Shown here in pieces: positions 1 to 9,175 of a stretch of 64,000 nucleotides of DNA (the stretch's first letter is position 1; each line of letters starts with the position of its first letter). Below the pieces are notes generated by a model. The model made no database searches and was not told the DNA's origin. It saw only the letters and a program-made list of their open reading frames with translations. Origin of the DNA: an uncultured virus (IMG/VR IMGVR_UViG_3300037189_025930) (Duplodnaviria; Heunggongvirae; Uroviricota; Caudoviricetes); IMG/VR virus record IMGVR_UViG_3300037189_025930; one strand, written 5' to 3'. Position numbers and translations under genes: made by a program.

Positions 1-84
1 AAAATATATAGCCTTGTCATAATCAGCAATAACAAAACTCTGTATCTTATAGTTATTAGTATTAACACATAAATAATAATTCAT
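1..84 (-). CDS. Family A small protein, partial (runs off window)
   Basis: ATGA overlap with stop of 81..371; translates MNYYLCVNTNNYKIQSFVIADYDKAIYF, like family A N-termini. Confidence 0.7.
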   Translation of the reverse strand, partial: MNYYLCVNTNNYKIQSFVIADYDKAIYF

Positions 85-371
85 ATCAAATACTCTTGTA
101 ATCCAAATGAAATTAAAACTTTATTAAAATCCTGTTGACAAAAATGTTTACCATAATCACTTCTTAAAAAACGATTATAAGATTCAAAATCTATTACAAA
201 AACATAATCGTAATTGTACACAAGATTATCAAATTTAATTTCATCTATGAAAGAATCTCCAATCCTATCATTACCGTTAAATAAAAATCCATTCTCTGAA
301 TTGAAAAGATGTAATAACCAAATTGTTTTATCTTTATATATATCAATACAGAGATAATATTTCTTATCCAT
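81..371 (-). CDS. Family A small protein
   Basis: YYLCIDI N-terminus, ends LQEYLI; promoter motif upstream. Confidence 0.8.
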   Translation of the reverse strand: MDKKYYLCIDIYKDKTIWLLHLFNSENGFLFNGNDRIGDSFIDEIKFDNLVYNYDYVFVIDFESYNRFLRSDYGKHFCQQDFNKVLISFGLQEYLI

Positions 372-468
372 ATATCTATAATATAACTAATAATAAACAA
401 TGATTAAACCTAATAGTATAGAATTGAAAAAGATTTATGTCCTCTTATAAAAACACAATAGAGTAGGT

Positions 469-715
469 GGGACAATGGGACCTAAATGAGCAGCGAGGAT
501 CCTAAAATGATTACTCTCTGATTTCTGATTTATGCTCCTTTCCTCAACGATTAAAAACGATTAAAAACGATTAAAAAAGATTACAGAAGATTACAGAAGA
601 TTACAAAAGATTAAAGATTCATTAAAAAGATTTGAAGAAGATTTAAATCATCTAATGAAAGTATAATATGGTGGGAGGGACAATGGGACCTAAATGAGCA
701 AGAAGGATCCTAAAA
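469..715 (+). repeat. 39-bp direct repeat, two copies (469-507, 677-715)
   Basis: GGGACAATGGGACCTAAATGAGCA-nnn-AGGATCCTAAAA, 3 mismatches. Confidence 0.9.
546..615 (+). repeat. Tandem 10-bp repeat, about 7 copies
   Basis: AACGATTAAA x3 grading into GAAGATTACA. Confidence 0.85.
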
Positions 716-845
716 AACGATTGGTTTTTATTAGGAATTAAAGGTGGATGGATTAGAAGATCAGAAGATTTCAGGGAATTGAAAGATTCTAGCGATTCTA
801 ATAGTAGAAGATCTTTATTTTACTATATTGTTTATATCTTATATC

Positions 846-1093
846 TATCTTATTGGTTGATTATCTTATTAGTAGATAGATATATTGATATATCTATCTT
901 ATTGTTATTGATTGATATTGATATATTTATCTTATTAGTTGATTATCTTATTAGTAGATATGGATATAACTATCTTATTGATATATCTATCTTATTAGTT
1001 GATTATCTTATTTGTGATATTTATCTTATTAGTTGTTATTGTATATTTGGATTGTTTATCTTATTAGTTGTTATAGATATATCTATCTTATTT
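846..1093 (+). repeat. TATCTTATT iteron-like repeat, 11 copies
   Basis: Counted by eye in a low-complexity, strand-biased tract. Confidence 0.8.
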
Positions 1094-1108
1094 CTGAGAG
1101 ACGATATT

Positions 1109-1196
1109 AGGAAAGGAGCATAAAGTTTTGGTGACAATCATCGAGAAAGGAGCATACAATTTAAGGTTAAGGAAAGGAGCATAAAGTTTTGGTGAC
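1109..1196 (+). repeat. AGGAAAGGAGCATA repeats; 27-bp direct repeat at 1109-1135 and 1170-1196
   Basis: Core also at 1145; inverted copy at 529-544; hairpin pair at 2086-2126. Confidence 0.85.
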
Positions 1197-1237
1197 GATC
1201 ATAAGATTTTATTTGGATTAGTTTTGAAACTGTTTTC

Positions 1238-1254
1238 TTTTTAGGTTTGTACAT
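1238..1254 (+). promoter_or_regulatory. Extended early-type promoter motif
   Basis: TTTTTAGGTTTGTACAT upstream of AGGAG and ATG 1310. Confidence 0.6.
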
Positions 1255-1309
1255 CTATACAAATTTATATTACTATATAATTAGTAAAAAAAATTGGTAG
1301 GAGAAAAGT

Positions 1310-2011
1310 ATGTTACAAGAGTTTGAAAAAAATAACATGGATCTTTCTTTAGAATTCCTTAAAAAGGAAGGAAAGAACGCTTTGACTCTCGGTAGGTTAG
1401 AGTATATTCTGGGACAGGTTAGTGAGTTTCACGAACGTCACGAAAAGATTAATCTTTCTTTTACTCTCAAGACTCCCAAGTTACATTTTATTTTTGGGAT
1501 CAGTGGGTTGGAGTTTAATAAAGAGGACAAGATTAGTGTTTTGAGAGTTTATAAAGGAACTCGGGAGGTTCAGAATAATCTATTAGAGCAGTATGATTTA
1601 AAAAGATTTAATTTTACTACAATTCTACAACAGATTGTGACTTCGTACGATTATTTAATTAAATCGTCTCAAAAAGATTTTGACATTATGAATCAAAATA
1701 TTGCTGATGGAGAAGAAAAAATTAAATCAATTATTTTTCCTGATTATCATAATCCAAAAGAATACGTTAGTGTAAATTCTCTTCAGGAAGAGATTGATAA
1801 GATTAAAAAGATTAGTCAAGATATTCCTGGTTTTGATTGGAAGACGATTCCTTGTTGTATTGAATCAACTTTTTTTCCAACTGGGTTTATGATGATTGAA
1901 ATAGCAGCGACTCTAAAAAATATGCAAGAAGAGACTTCTCCTTACATTGGAGCTTCTTTTGTGTGTGATTCTTTTAATCCAGAAGAAGTTTTATTTGATT
2001 TTATTGGTTGA
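1310..2011 (+). CDS. Hypothetical protein
   Basis: 233-aa ORF with AGGAG RBS, promoter and terminator. Confidence 0.8.
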   Translation: MLQEFEKNNMDLSLEFLKKEGKNALTLGRLEYILGQVSEFHERHEKINLSFTLKTPKLHFIFGISGLEFNKEDKISVLRVYKGTREVQNNLLEQYDLKRFNFTTILQQIVTSYDYLIKSSQKDFDIMNQNIADGEEKIKSIIFPDYHNPKEYVSVNSLQEEIDKIKKISQDIPGFDWKTIPCCIESTFFPTGFMMIEIAATLKNMQEETSPYIGASFVCDSFNPEEVLFDFIG

Positions 2012-2044
2012 TTCTTATTTCACAATAAATGTCTTAGAGTTATT

Positions 2045-2078
2045 AAAAACCATAGTCGAATTTGACTATGGTTTTTTT
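2045..2078. terminator. Bidirectional intrinsic terminator
   Basis: AAAAACCATAGTC-GAATTT-GACTATGGTTTTTTTT between convergent genes. Confidence 0.85.
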
Positions 2079-2124
2079 TGCTTTAAAATATATGCTCCTT
2101 AGTCATCAGGAAAGGAGCATATAT

Positions 2125-2418
2125 TTAAATGATATATTCTTCTAGTTTCATGTTCATTAAGACTTCGTTGATGTGCTTATTGATTACAGTCGTTAGATTA
2201 GTGTGTAAGATTTTTTGTACGTGTTCTAGGGAAGGGATGGGAACGTGACGATTTTTATAGACGAAGAGATGTTTAGATAGCATAGTTTCTGGATGAGACT
2301 CGATACGATCACCAATAAAAAGATCACCGCAATATTCGATGTTTTTATCTTCGTTCATTACTGTACATGATATAACGATATTTTTTGAATCTAGTCCAAA
2401 GGTGAGATGATAGTTCAT
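2125..2418 (-). CDS. Family A small protein
   Basis: YCGD..IGD motif, ends LEEYII. Confidence 0.85.
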   Translation of the reverse strand: MNYHLTFGLDSKNIVISCTVMNEDKNIEYCGDLFIGDRIESHPETMLSKHLFVYKNRHVPIPSLEHVQKILHTNLTTVINKHINEVLMNMKLEEYII

Positions 2419-2711
2419 ATGATATATTCCTGAAGATTTAGTTCGTATAAGATTTCTTGATATTTTTTGTTTTTAATAGAATTAAAATTCATGTTCAATA
2501 GATGATCAATTTGATTCTGATCAGAGATTGGTATAATTATACTTTCAGTAGCGAACATGCTAACTGGACGTGCAATAGATCCATTGTGTGGTAGAATACT
2601 TTTACCAATAATTTGATCACCACAATACACGATACATTTTTTTTTATCTAATATCGTAAAAGATACTATAGTGTCATTTTTATTAATATCAATACAGAGA
2701 TATGTATTCAT
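2415..2711 (-). CDS. Family A small protein
   Basis: ATGA-coupled, ends LQEYII. Confidence 0.85.
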   Translation of the reverse strand: MNTYLCIDINKNDTIVSFTILDKKKCIVYCGDQIIGKSILPHNGSIARPVSMFATESIIIPISDQNQIDHLLNMNFNSIKNKKYQEILYELNLQEYII

Positions 2712-3007
2712 AGTAGTTGCTCCTGTAGTTGTAGAAGTTCTAAAACTTCTCGATATTGTTTACTTCTAATAGATTGAAAATTGATAGATAGCATCTCGTT
2801 AAAGATATCATTATCGTATATATAGATATAGATATGTTTGTTACTAAAAAAGTCGTGGATAGGTTGCGGTGAACTTTCTAGTAATCGAAGATGATAGTCA
2901 CCAATAATATTGTTTCCACAATATTTAATTTCTTTATCTAAATCTACTAATACGATGCAATTGATTTGATCTCTATCATTAAGACCAAAGTAAATATATT
3001 TTTTCAT
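2708..3007 (-). CDS. Family A small protein
   Basis: ATGA-coupled, ends LQEQLL. Confidence 0.85.
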   Translation of the reverse strand: MKKYIYFGLNDRDQINCIVLVDLDKEIKYCGNNIIGDYHLRLLESSPQPIHDFFSNKHIYIYIYDNDIFNEMLSINFQSIRSKQYREVLELLQLQEQLL

Positions 3008-3324
3008 ATTAGTTCCTCCTCTATTCCTAGGATTGTAATTATTTCAGATATATTCTTACCACTGATTTCTTGCCAATTAAGATTTAAGATTTTATTGACG
3101 ATTATTTGATTTTGAAGTCTCACAAAGAGATGATTATTAGGTATATATTCAACTGTCTTTTTTAAGTAGAAATTATTCATGTTATATTTATATTGATCTT
3201 TAATTTTAATAGTTCCAAAATATTTAATCTTTTTATTGTTATCTATTACATGTAAACTGGATATAGTGTTATTATCATATAAGAGAATGATAAGATAAAT
3301 TTGAATAGAGTTCATAGTTGCCAT
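3004..3324 (-). CDS. Family A small protein
   Basis: IKYFG..KIKD, ends IEEELI. Confidence 0.85.
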   Translation of the reverse strand: MATMNSIQIYLIILLYDNNTISSLHVIDNNKKIKYFGTIKIKDQYKYNMNNFYLKKTVEYIPNNHLFVRLQNQIIVNKILNLNWQEISGKNISEIITILGIEEELI

Positions 3325-3325
3325 C

Positions 3326-3628
3326 TCATATTAAGTGTTCTGATAAAAATGATTGTTCTAAAAAAGAACTCAATTTAGTAAGGTGAATCTTGTTAAAATT
3401 AAGATTTAAAATTTGTTCTGCTAAATCATTAGAGTTAAAGTAAAGATAAAAATCAGATCCTAATTTCATTTCATTTTGTTCTTGAGAGATAACTCCGATG
3501 CTATATTGATTATCTCTAATTTTTTCACATCCACAATATTTAATTTTTTGTTCAAGGTCTAAAAGAGCCATACCAGTGATTTTTTCTTTTTGACTTAAAA
3601 GAGTATTAATTGTCATTAACCATCTCAT
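3326..3628 (-). CDS. Family A small protein
   Basis: IKYCG..KIRD, ends LSEHLI. Confidence 0.85.
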   Translation of the reverse strand: MRWLMTINTLLSQKEKITGMALLDLEQKIKYCGCEKIRDNQYSIGVISQEQNEMKLGSDFYLYFNSNDLAEQILNLNFNKIHLTKLSSFLEQSFLSEHLI

Positions 3629-3915
3629 ATTAAATGTTCTCCTAAATTAAATTTAATTAAAGCTCGTTGTAATTTCATTAAATCAATATCCTTATATTCA
3701 GTGTTCAATATTTTTTGAATTATATTTTCATCTCTAATATGAAGAGAAAAACGAAAAGAATTAACAAATGACCAAATGTCTGTTTGCTTTAAAATTGATT
3801 TTCTATCTTTTATTTTTAAGTATCCCCAATATCGAATACACTCTTGAGTATCTGCTACATTAAAGCAAGTGATATAAGAATCATTATCCATATCAGCAAC
3901 TATCCACCACCTCAT
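3625..3915 (-). CDS. Family A small protein
   Basis: ATGA-coupled, ends LGEHLI. Confidence 0.85.
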   Translation of the reverse strand: MRWWIVADMDNDSYITCFNVADTQECIRYWGYLKIKDRKSILKQTDIWSFVNSFRFSLHIRDENIIQKILNTEYKDIDLMKLQRALIKFNLGEHLI

Positions 3916-4235
3916 ATTAGATACTCCACAAGATTTAGATTTTTTAATGCATCATTAATATGTTTACCTTGTATAAGATCACTTCTTGTATTAATTAAGT
4001 TATTAAATAATAGATCATCATTTAATCTAATAACGAAAGGTTTATATTTTTCTATAACTGAAAATACACCTTTTTCTAAAAGACTTATCATGTTGTTTAC
4101 ATCACTTAAATGATATTCATAATCTTTAGGACGACTTCTTCCAGAATATTCTATTCTTTTTTCGCAATCAATAGAAATAAAAGAAATAACTTTTGAATTG
4201 AGATTGTTTAGGCCAAAGCAAATAAAATATCTCAT
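3912..4235 (-). CDS. Family A small protein
   Basis: ATGA-coupled, ends LVEYLI. Confidence 0.85.
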   Translation of the reverse strand: MRYFICFGLNNLNSKVISFISIDCEKRIEYSGRSRPKDYEYHLSDVNNMISLLEKGVFSVIEKYKPFVIRLNDDLLFNNLINTRSDLIQGKHINDALKNLNLVEYLI

Positions 4236-4537
4236 AGCATGTACTCCATTATAAAATTTAAATCAGATAGCGCTTCATTTATTTTTTTATGACAAATAGT
4301 TCCATAGTGAATATTGATTACTTGTTGAAATAGATTTTCATCGTTAAATTCAAAGCATATATTATTATTATAAGTTTTAAAAAGAATAAAGTGTTGTTTT
4401 GGGTTATCTACCCTGTTATGATGATCCTTGATAAAACAACCACCATTATACAATTTTTTTTCATTAACATCACAAGCTAAAAATCCAATAATTCTAGTAT
4501 TATCATCATTAAGATTAATAATAACAAAATATTTCAT
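4232..4537 (-). CDS. Family A small protein
   Basis: Start moved to ATGA overlap (MKYFVII), ends IMEYML. Confidence 0.8.
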   Translation of the reverse strand: MKYFVIINLNDDNTRIIGFLACDVNEKKLYNGGCFIKDHHNRVDNPKQHFILFKTYNNNICFEFNDENLFQQVINIHYGTICHKKINEALSDLNFIMEYML

Positions 4538-4818
4538 ATACAATATTCCCACATTGAATATACTTTATAAAACCCGTGTAAACTTAATCCTTCTAGATTT
4601 TTAAAATAAGCTTCTGAAAGTCTTAGGAAGAATTGTTCGTCAATTGGTATTAAAAGATGATAACTTGATATTTCAAATCCAAGTGTATCTTTGTCGTAAG
4701 TATCACACTCTGAATTTATTTTTTCACCTCCACGATAAATAAATTTTTTATTAGCGTCAATTAAATGAAGTACTTCAATTTTATTTTTATTGATCAATAA
4801 GCCTATATAGAAATTCAT
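4534..4818 (-). CDS. Family A small protein
   Basis: Start moved to ATGA overlap (MNFYIGL), ends MWEYCI. Confidence 0.8.
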   Translation of the reverse strand: MNFYIGLLINKNKIEVLHLIDANKKFIYRGGEKINSECDTYDKDTLGFEISSYHLLIPIDEQFFLRLSEAYFKNLEGLSLHGFYKVYSMWEYCI

Positions 4819-5135
4819 ATTGCTTTTTCCCATATTTCAAGATCTTGATAAAAAATTTCAAGACGTAATCCTTGAATAGAATCGTGAGGTGTATCTAAAA
4901 TCTTTTTAGCTACATCTTCACTTATTTCAAGAAATAAACTTTCATTATCTTGTTTCTTTGGATTATCCCAATAGCCAGACTTAAGGTAGCGAGATGCTTT
5001 ATCTTTAATTCTTATTTGACCTCTCCCATAATATCTTTTACACCATGGATCAGTACTATATATATATATGGAACAACAATTAACTATTCCAAAGGAAGTA
5101 TTAATACCGCAATAATATTCAATTTTACGATTCAT
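4815..5135 (-). CDS. Family A small protein (first of array)
   Basis: YYCGINT, ends IWEKAI; AAGGA RBS. Confidence 0.8.
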   Translation of the reverse strand: MNRKIEYYCGINTSFGIVNCCSIYIYSTDPWCKRYYGRGQIRIKDKASRYLKSGYWDNPKKQDNESLFLEISEDVAKKILDTPHDSIQGLRLEIFYQDLEIWEKAI

Positions 5136-5262
5136 GTGATATCCTTTAATTTTATTAAGTGATTGTTTTTCTATTAGAAATCCAATTCAATAGTAAGTGT
5201 CAATACATAGGTAAAGCGTATTTTTCTTATCCATACTAATAGTATATAGTAAGTATAAATAA

Positions 5263-5279
5263 GTGATTAAACCTAAAAA
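5263..5279 (-). promoter_or_regulatory. Extended early-type promoter heading the family A array
   Basis: TTTTTAGGTTTAATCAC on minus strand. Confidence 0.65.
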
Positions 5280-5440
5280 TAAAACAGTATAATTATATTA
5301 ACCAGTCGCTTAAATCTATCTTTAATTATATAATAAGCGCGTGAAAAAGAATAATATAAATCAGTTGTGATAATTTTTTCTACTTCTGGTTCCCTACAAT
5401 TTCTTGTTTCACATATTTTATAAGCTTGAAAAGGATTCAT
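5273..5440 (-). pseudogene. Truncated family B repeat protein
   Basis: MNPFQAYKIC..EKIITTDLYYSF then loses similarity; lacks the conserved C-terminus. Confidence 0.55.
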
Positions 5441-5634
5441 AATAATAACTCTGGATGATTCTTTATAACCCATTCTTTAGTTCTTCTAAAACTTGAAATT
5501 ACATGTTCAGCATCTCTTAAAATAAATTGATCGCTATCTGATAAGAGTTTATAATCCCAAAAAAAATAATTTTTATCACATTCTATTTCAGTTTCTTTAA
5601 TGGAAAAAGTCATGATTTGATAACGATAATTCAT
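5437..5634 (-). CDS. Family C small protein
   Basis: SFRRTKEWVIKNHPELLL. Confidence 0.85.
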   Translation of the reverse strand: MNYRYQIMTFSIKETEIECDKNYFFWDYKLLSDSDQFILRDAEHVISSFRRTKEWVIKNHPELLL

Positions 5635-6029
5635 AATAATAATTCACTTTCTTTTATTTTATTTAAATCATAATTAATCTCTTTTAAGTAATCAATATAA
5701 TCTTCTTTCCACATAGATTTAAGAATAACAGGGTGAGCTTCTTCAAGAGGAAAATTGATTATAAGTTTACAATACCAATAAGCAAGTTTTGGATCTTTAA
5801 TTATACTTTTTTCTCCTTTTTTAAATCTTCCCATTTTTATATCTCTAGCATATTGATAAGATCTTGTGGAATCTTTAGAAATTATATCTTCTCCTTTTTT
5901 AAAAGGACCTTTAATAATATTAATAGCATAAAAATAAGAATATTCTGGATCAGTAATAATGATAGGTTCTAATTCTAGTATTCTACGTTTCCTATAATAA
6001 CATATATAATACGCTTGATCAGGTGTCAT
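5631..6029 (-). CDS. Family B helical-repeat protein
   Basis: MTP start; GEx(II)..YSYxYA..IKG repeats; ends SELLL. Confidence 0.85.
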   Translation of the reverse strand: MTPDQAYYICYYRKRRILELEPIIITDPEYSYFYAINIIKGPFKKGEDIISKDSTRSYQYARDIKMGRFKKGEKSIIKDPKLAYWYCKLIINFPLEEAHPVILKSMWKEDYIDYLKEINYDLNKIKESELLL

Positions 6030-6301
6030 ATTAACCATTCTCCATATTGATCACATATTTGAATTAAATTATAATTAATTAATTTTAAAAATTTAATATA
6101 ATCATTTTTATAAGTCGAATTAAAAATAACTGGATGACCTAAATCAAATGGACCATTTAAAATATCTACGGCATATCTATAAGAATAAAATTCATCTTTT
6201 GATATTTCTTTTTCAAGTTTTTTTAATTCTTTTTTTGATTTATAAAAAAAATCTTGTGGCGCCATGTTCCATAGATATTTATAAGCTTCTCTAGGACTCA
6301 T
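6026..6301 (-). CDS. Family B helical-repeat protein
   Basis: GPFDLGHPVIFNS, ends YGEWLI. Confidence 0.85.
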   Translation of the reverse strand: MSPREAYKYLWNMAPQDFFYKSKKELKKLEKEISKDEFYSYRYAVDILNGPFDLGHPVIFNSTYKNDYIKFLKLINYNLIQICDQYGEWLI

Positions 6302-6323
6302 ATTAAAAACTCCAATATTTTAT

Positions 6324-6518
6324 TTAAACCATTAACTCTGGATGATTTCTTTCTAACCAATCAAAACATCTATATAAAGATTCCATTCCTAATATATTCA
6401 CGCTAGGAGGATATATATAAACTTCAGTAATAGTTTGTATATCCCATTCATAAGATGGTTGCGAGTTGCTAAATTCTTTTAATATCTCTCCATCAAATAT
6501 ATAAGTATATTTATTCAT
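6324..6518 (-). CDS. Family C small protein
   Basis: ends WLERNHPELMV. Confidence 0.8.
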   Translation of the reverse strand: MNKYTYIFDGEILKEFSNSQPSYEWDIQTITEVYIYPPSVNILGMESLYRCFDWLERNHPELMV

Positions 6519-6718
6519 AGTATTATCTCTGGATATTTCTCTTTAACCCATTTAGTTGTTCTTCTAAAAGATTCATTGTCTCTCCACATGTCACTATAAA
6601 ATTTTATAGTTGCTAAAAACCACATTTCTGGTTTATTTGAACGATTTTTATTATCATACTCAATAATCATTGTTTCTTTTTTATTATCATCTTTAATAAT
6701 TTCATAACTATAACTCAT
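6515..6718 (-). CDS. Family C small protein
   Basis: Start at ATGA overlap; ends KYPEIIL. Confidence 0.8.
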   Translation of the reverse strand: MSYSYEIIKDDNKKETMIIEYDNKNRSNKPEMWFLATIKFYSDMWRDNESFRRTTKWVKEKYPEIIL

Positions 6719-6894
6719 AAAATTAACTCCGGATAATTTTCTAATATCCATTGACGACTTCTATTAAATGATGAATTAATAGTATTCTCTTTTAAATTGT
6801 TTTTAATAGTAGAAAGTAACCAAGATGTTTGTTTATTATCGTTCATATTAATTTCTCGTATAGAATTTTTAGTAATGATATAATCATAATTCAT
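6715..6894 (-). CDS. Family C small protein
   Basis: Start at ATGA overlap; ends NYPELIL. Confidence 0.8.
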   Translation of the reverse strand: MNYDYIITKNSIREINMNDNKQTSWLLSTIKNNLKENTINSSFNRSRQWILENYPELIL

Positions 6895-7091
6895 AACATC
6901 AATTCTGAATAATTTTGGTATAACCATTCTTGTGATCTTTTAAAAGAATCATTTCCATAAGGAAAATCTCCTTCTTTGTGATTAATTAAAGATTTGACTG
7001 TCCATTTATTTCCATTTAATAAATTATCGTGGTATTGAATCACTCTAAAATCTCCATCAAACTTTTCAATTTTGTATTTCCAATAATTCAT
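6891..7091 (-). CDS. Family C small protein
   Basis: ends NYSELML. Confidence 0.8.
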   Translation of the reverse strand: MNYWKYKIEKFDGDFRVIQYHDNLLNGNKWTVKSLINHKEGDFPYGNDSFKRSQEWLYQNYSELML

Positions 7092-7363
7092 AATAATAAT
7101 TCAGGATGTTTTTGTAACACCCAATTTTTTGTTCTTTGAAATGAATCTCTCAAATGTAAAGCAAGAAAATCATTTTTTGAATTTTTTAAAAAATTCAAAT
7201 ACCAACTCTCTTGAAATTCATCATTCAATAACTCTATAATTATAATTTCTCTATAATCAATGGATGACACTCTGCTTTTTATTCCGTTTTCAGATTCATA
7301 AACAAAAAACATCATTTCTTTTTTTAATCCGATTTCATATTTTAATTCATAAGTATAATTCAT
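7088..7363 (-). CDS. Family C small protein
   Basis: MNYTYE start at ATGA overlap; ends KHPELLL. Confidence 0.8.
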   Translation of the reverse strand: MNYTYELKYEIGLKKEMMFFVYESENGIKSRVSSIDYREIIIIELLNDEFQESWYLNFLKNSKNDFLALHLRDSFQRTKNWVLQKHPELLL

Positions 7364-7575
7364 AATATTAACTCTGGATGATTTTGTAATAACCAATTTT
7401 TCATACGTTTTAAAGAATTTAAATATTCATTGTCTTTGCTTTCAAAGCATTGTTCAGTATTCATAATATTTTTTAATCCAAAAATTGTGCAATGAAAATA
7501 ATATTGACCATTTTGAAATTCATTAACTTCTAAACCAGTCGCCACATTTTTTGAAATTTTGTAAGTGTAATTCAT
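7360..7575 (-). CDS. Family C small protein
   Basis: MNYTYK start; ends NHPELIL. Confidence 0.8.
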   Translation of the reverse strand: MNYTYKISKNVATGLEVNEFQNGQYYFHCTIFGLKNIMNTEQCFESKDNEYLNSLKRMKNWLLQNHPELIL

Positions 7576-7790
7576 AATATCAACTCCGGATGATTTTTTA
7601 ATACCCATTCTTTAGTTCTCAAAAGAGATTCATAAACTACTTGAACATACCCTTCATTATTTGATTTGCTATCAAATAATTCCCCTATTGACCAAGTCAT
7701 AAAAAAACCTTTAGAATCAATTTCTTGTATTTGTAGATATGGTCCCGATTTAGTGTTAATTGTTTTTATTATACGATAAGTGTACTTCAT
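7572..7790 (-). CDS. Family C small protein
   Basis: MKYTYR start; ends NHPELIL. Confidence 0.8.
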   Translation of the reverse strand: MKYTYRIIKTINTKSGPYLQIQEIDSKGFFMTWSIGELFDSKSNNEGYVQVVYESLLRTKEWVLKNHPELIL

Positions 7791-7978
7791 AGTAATAACT
7801 CTGGATGATTTTTTAATACCCATTCTTTAGTTCTATGAAAAGAATCAGCAACTCCCATAAATGATAAAATACTTGGCGCTGTATCTTTTTTCAAAAATTC
7901 AAAACTCCAATTTGCATTATAGATTTTATTTTCAAATTCTGTTACCGATCCATCTTTAATTTTATATTCATATTTCAT
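7787..7978 (-). CDS. Family C small protein
   Basis: MKYEYK start; ends NHPELLL. Confidence 0.8.
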   Translation of the reverse strand: MKYEYKIKDGSVTEFENKIYNANWSFEFLKKDTAPSILSFMGVADSFHRTKEWVLKNHPELLL

Positions 7979-8187
7979 AAAAATAACTCTGGATGATTTT
8001 TTAATATCCATTCTCTAGTCCTAAGAAAAGATTGAGAATGATTAGAACAAGTATTTGAAAAATATGGAGCATTATTTTTAAGTTCATTAATAGTCCAATA
8101 AAATTTTGTTTGTGATCTTTTCTTATTATGATTTGGAATTTCACAGACAGTAGTATTACTGTAAATAATAATATATGTTCGTTTCAT
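7975..8187 (-). CDS. Family C small protein
   Basis: ends NHPELFL. Confidence 0.8.
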   Translation of the reverse strand: MKRTYIIIYSNTTVCEIPNHNKKRSQTKFYWTINELKNNAPYFSNTCSNHSQSFLRTREWILKNHPELFL

Positions 8188-8417
8188 AAAAGTAACTCTG
8201 GGTAATTTTCTTGAAACCATTTTTTAGTTCTTTTAAAACTTGAAATTATATCTTCAATATCTCTTGAACGAAATTTATCTTTATCTAATTCATCTAACGA
8301 TTTTTGTAATTTATCAATATCCCATAATGTTCCAACCCTAGAACCATGAGTGCTTATAAATTCAAAAACACGAATCCCATTATTTTCTTTTTCTATTTGA
8401 TATTGATAATTTTTCAT
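8184..8417 (-). CDS. Family C small protein
   Basis: ends NYPELLL. Confidence 0.85.
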   Translation of the reverse strand: MKNYQYQIEKENNGIRVFEFISTHGSRVGTLWDIDKLQKSLDELDKDKFRSRDIEDIISSFKRTKKWFQENYPELLL

Positions 8418-8602
8418 AGAATTAACTCTGGATAATTTTCATATAACCATTTTTTAGTTCTTAGAAATGGTTCTCTTTTTGGAGAATCATCTGTATAAAA
8501 TAAATCTATATCTTCTTTTAAAGAAGATATAGAAAACGAATTGACATTTAATGTACTTTTTTCAATTACAAAATAAAGACTAATTTCATAAGTATAATTC
8601 AT
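8414..8602 (-). CDS. Family C small protein
   Basis: MNYTYEI; ends NYPELIL. Confidence 0.85.
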   Translation of the reverse strand: MNYTYEISLYFVIEKSTLNVNSFSISSLKEDIDLFYTDDSPKREPFLRTKKWLYENYPELIL

Positions 8603-8796
8603 AATAGTAACTCAGGATTATTTTTTTGTAACCATTTATATATTCTTTCTAAAGAAGTTTTTTCCCAAACAGGATTTTTAAGGTCTTGTTTTAAAATATA
8701 ACTTATTTCCCATTGAGCGTTTTTTTTATTGTCTAAATATTCTGCTATAATTAAATCAAGGTATTCATCTTTTTTAATTTCGTAAGTATAATTCAT
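8599..8796 (-). CDS. Family C small protein
   Basis: MNYTYEI; ends NNPELLL. Confidence 0.85.
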   Translation of the reverse strand: MNYTYEIKKDEYLDLIIAEYLDNKKNAQWEISYILKQDLKNPVWEKTSLERIYKWLQKNNPELLL

Positions 8797-8975
8797 AATA
8801 GTAACTCTGGATAATTTTCATAAATCCATTTTTGTGTTCTTAAAAAAGAATCTTTATATGTATATAGATGATCTTGATAACTATATTTTTTTAAAGATTC
8901 TAAATCCCAATGTATAGATCCCATAATAGCACTTTCGATTACTATATGTTTATCAATTTCATAAGTATAATTCAT
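8793..8975 (-). CDS. Family C small protein
   Basis: MNYTYEI at ATGA overlap; ends NYPELLL. Confidence 0.8.
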   Translation of the reverse strand: MNYTYEIDKHIVIESAIMGSIHWDLESLKKYSYQDHLYTYKDSFLRTQKWIYENYPELLL

Positions 8976-9175
8976 AACATCAACTCTGGATGATTTTCCG
9001 TAACCCATTCTTTTGTTCTATTATAAGATTTAATATGTTCACCACTAAGAAAATATTTTTGATTATTTTTTAATTCCTCTAATGAGAAAGTCCAATTTTT
9101 AAATTTATCATTAATGGTTTCAATGATAACCATAAAACCCAAAGATTCCTTATCAACTTCATAAGTATAATTCAT
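8972..9175 (-). CDS. Family C small protein
   Basis: MNYTYEV at ATGA overlap; ends NHPELML. Confidence 0.8.
   Translation of the reverse strand: MNYTYEVDKESLGFMVIIETINDKFKNWTFSLEELKNNQKYFLSGEHIKSYNRTKEWVTENHPELML

Noticed and set aside
779..1123. 114-aa hydrophobic ORF
   Set aside because: Translation of the TATCTTATT repeats; TTG start and low complexity
2086..2126. Hammerhead ribozyme (CUGAUGA on minus strand)
   Set aside because: No stem II followed by GAAA; only a simple hairpin
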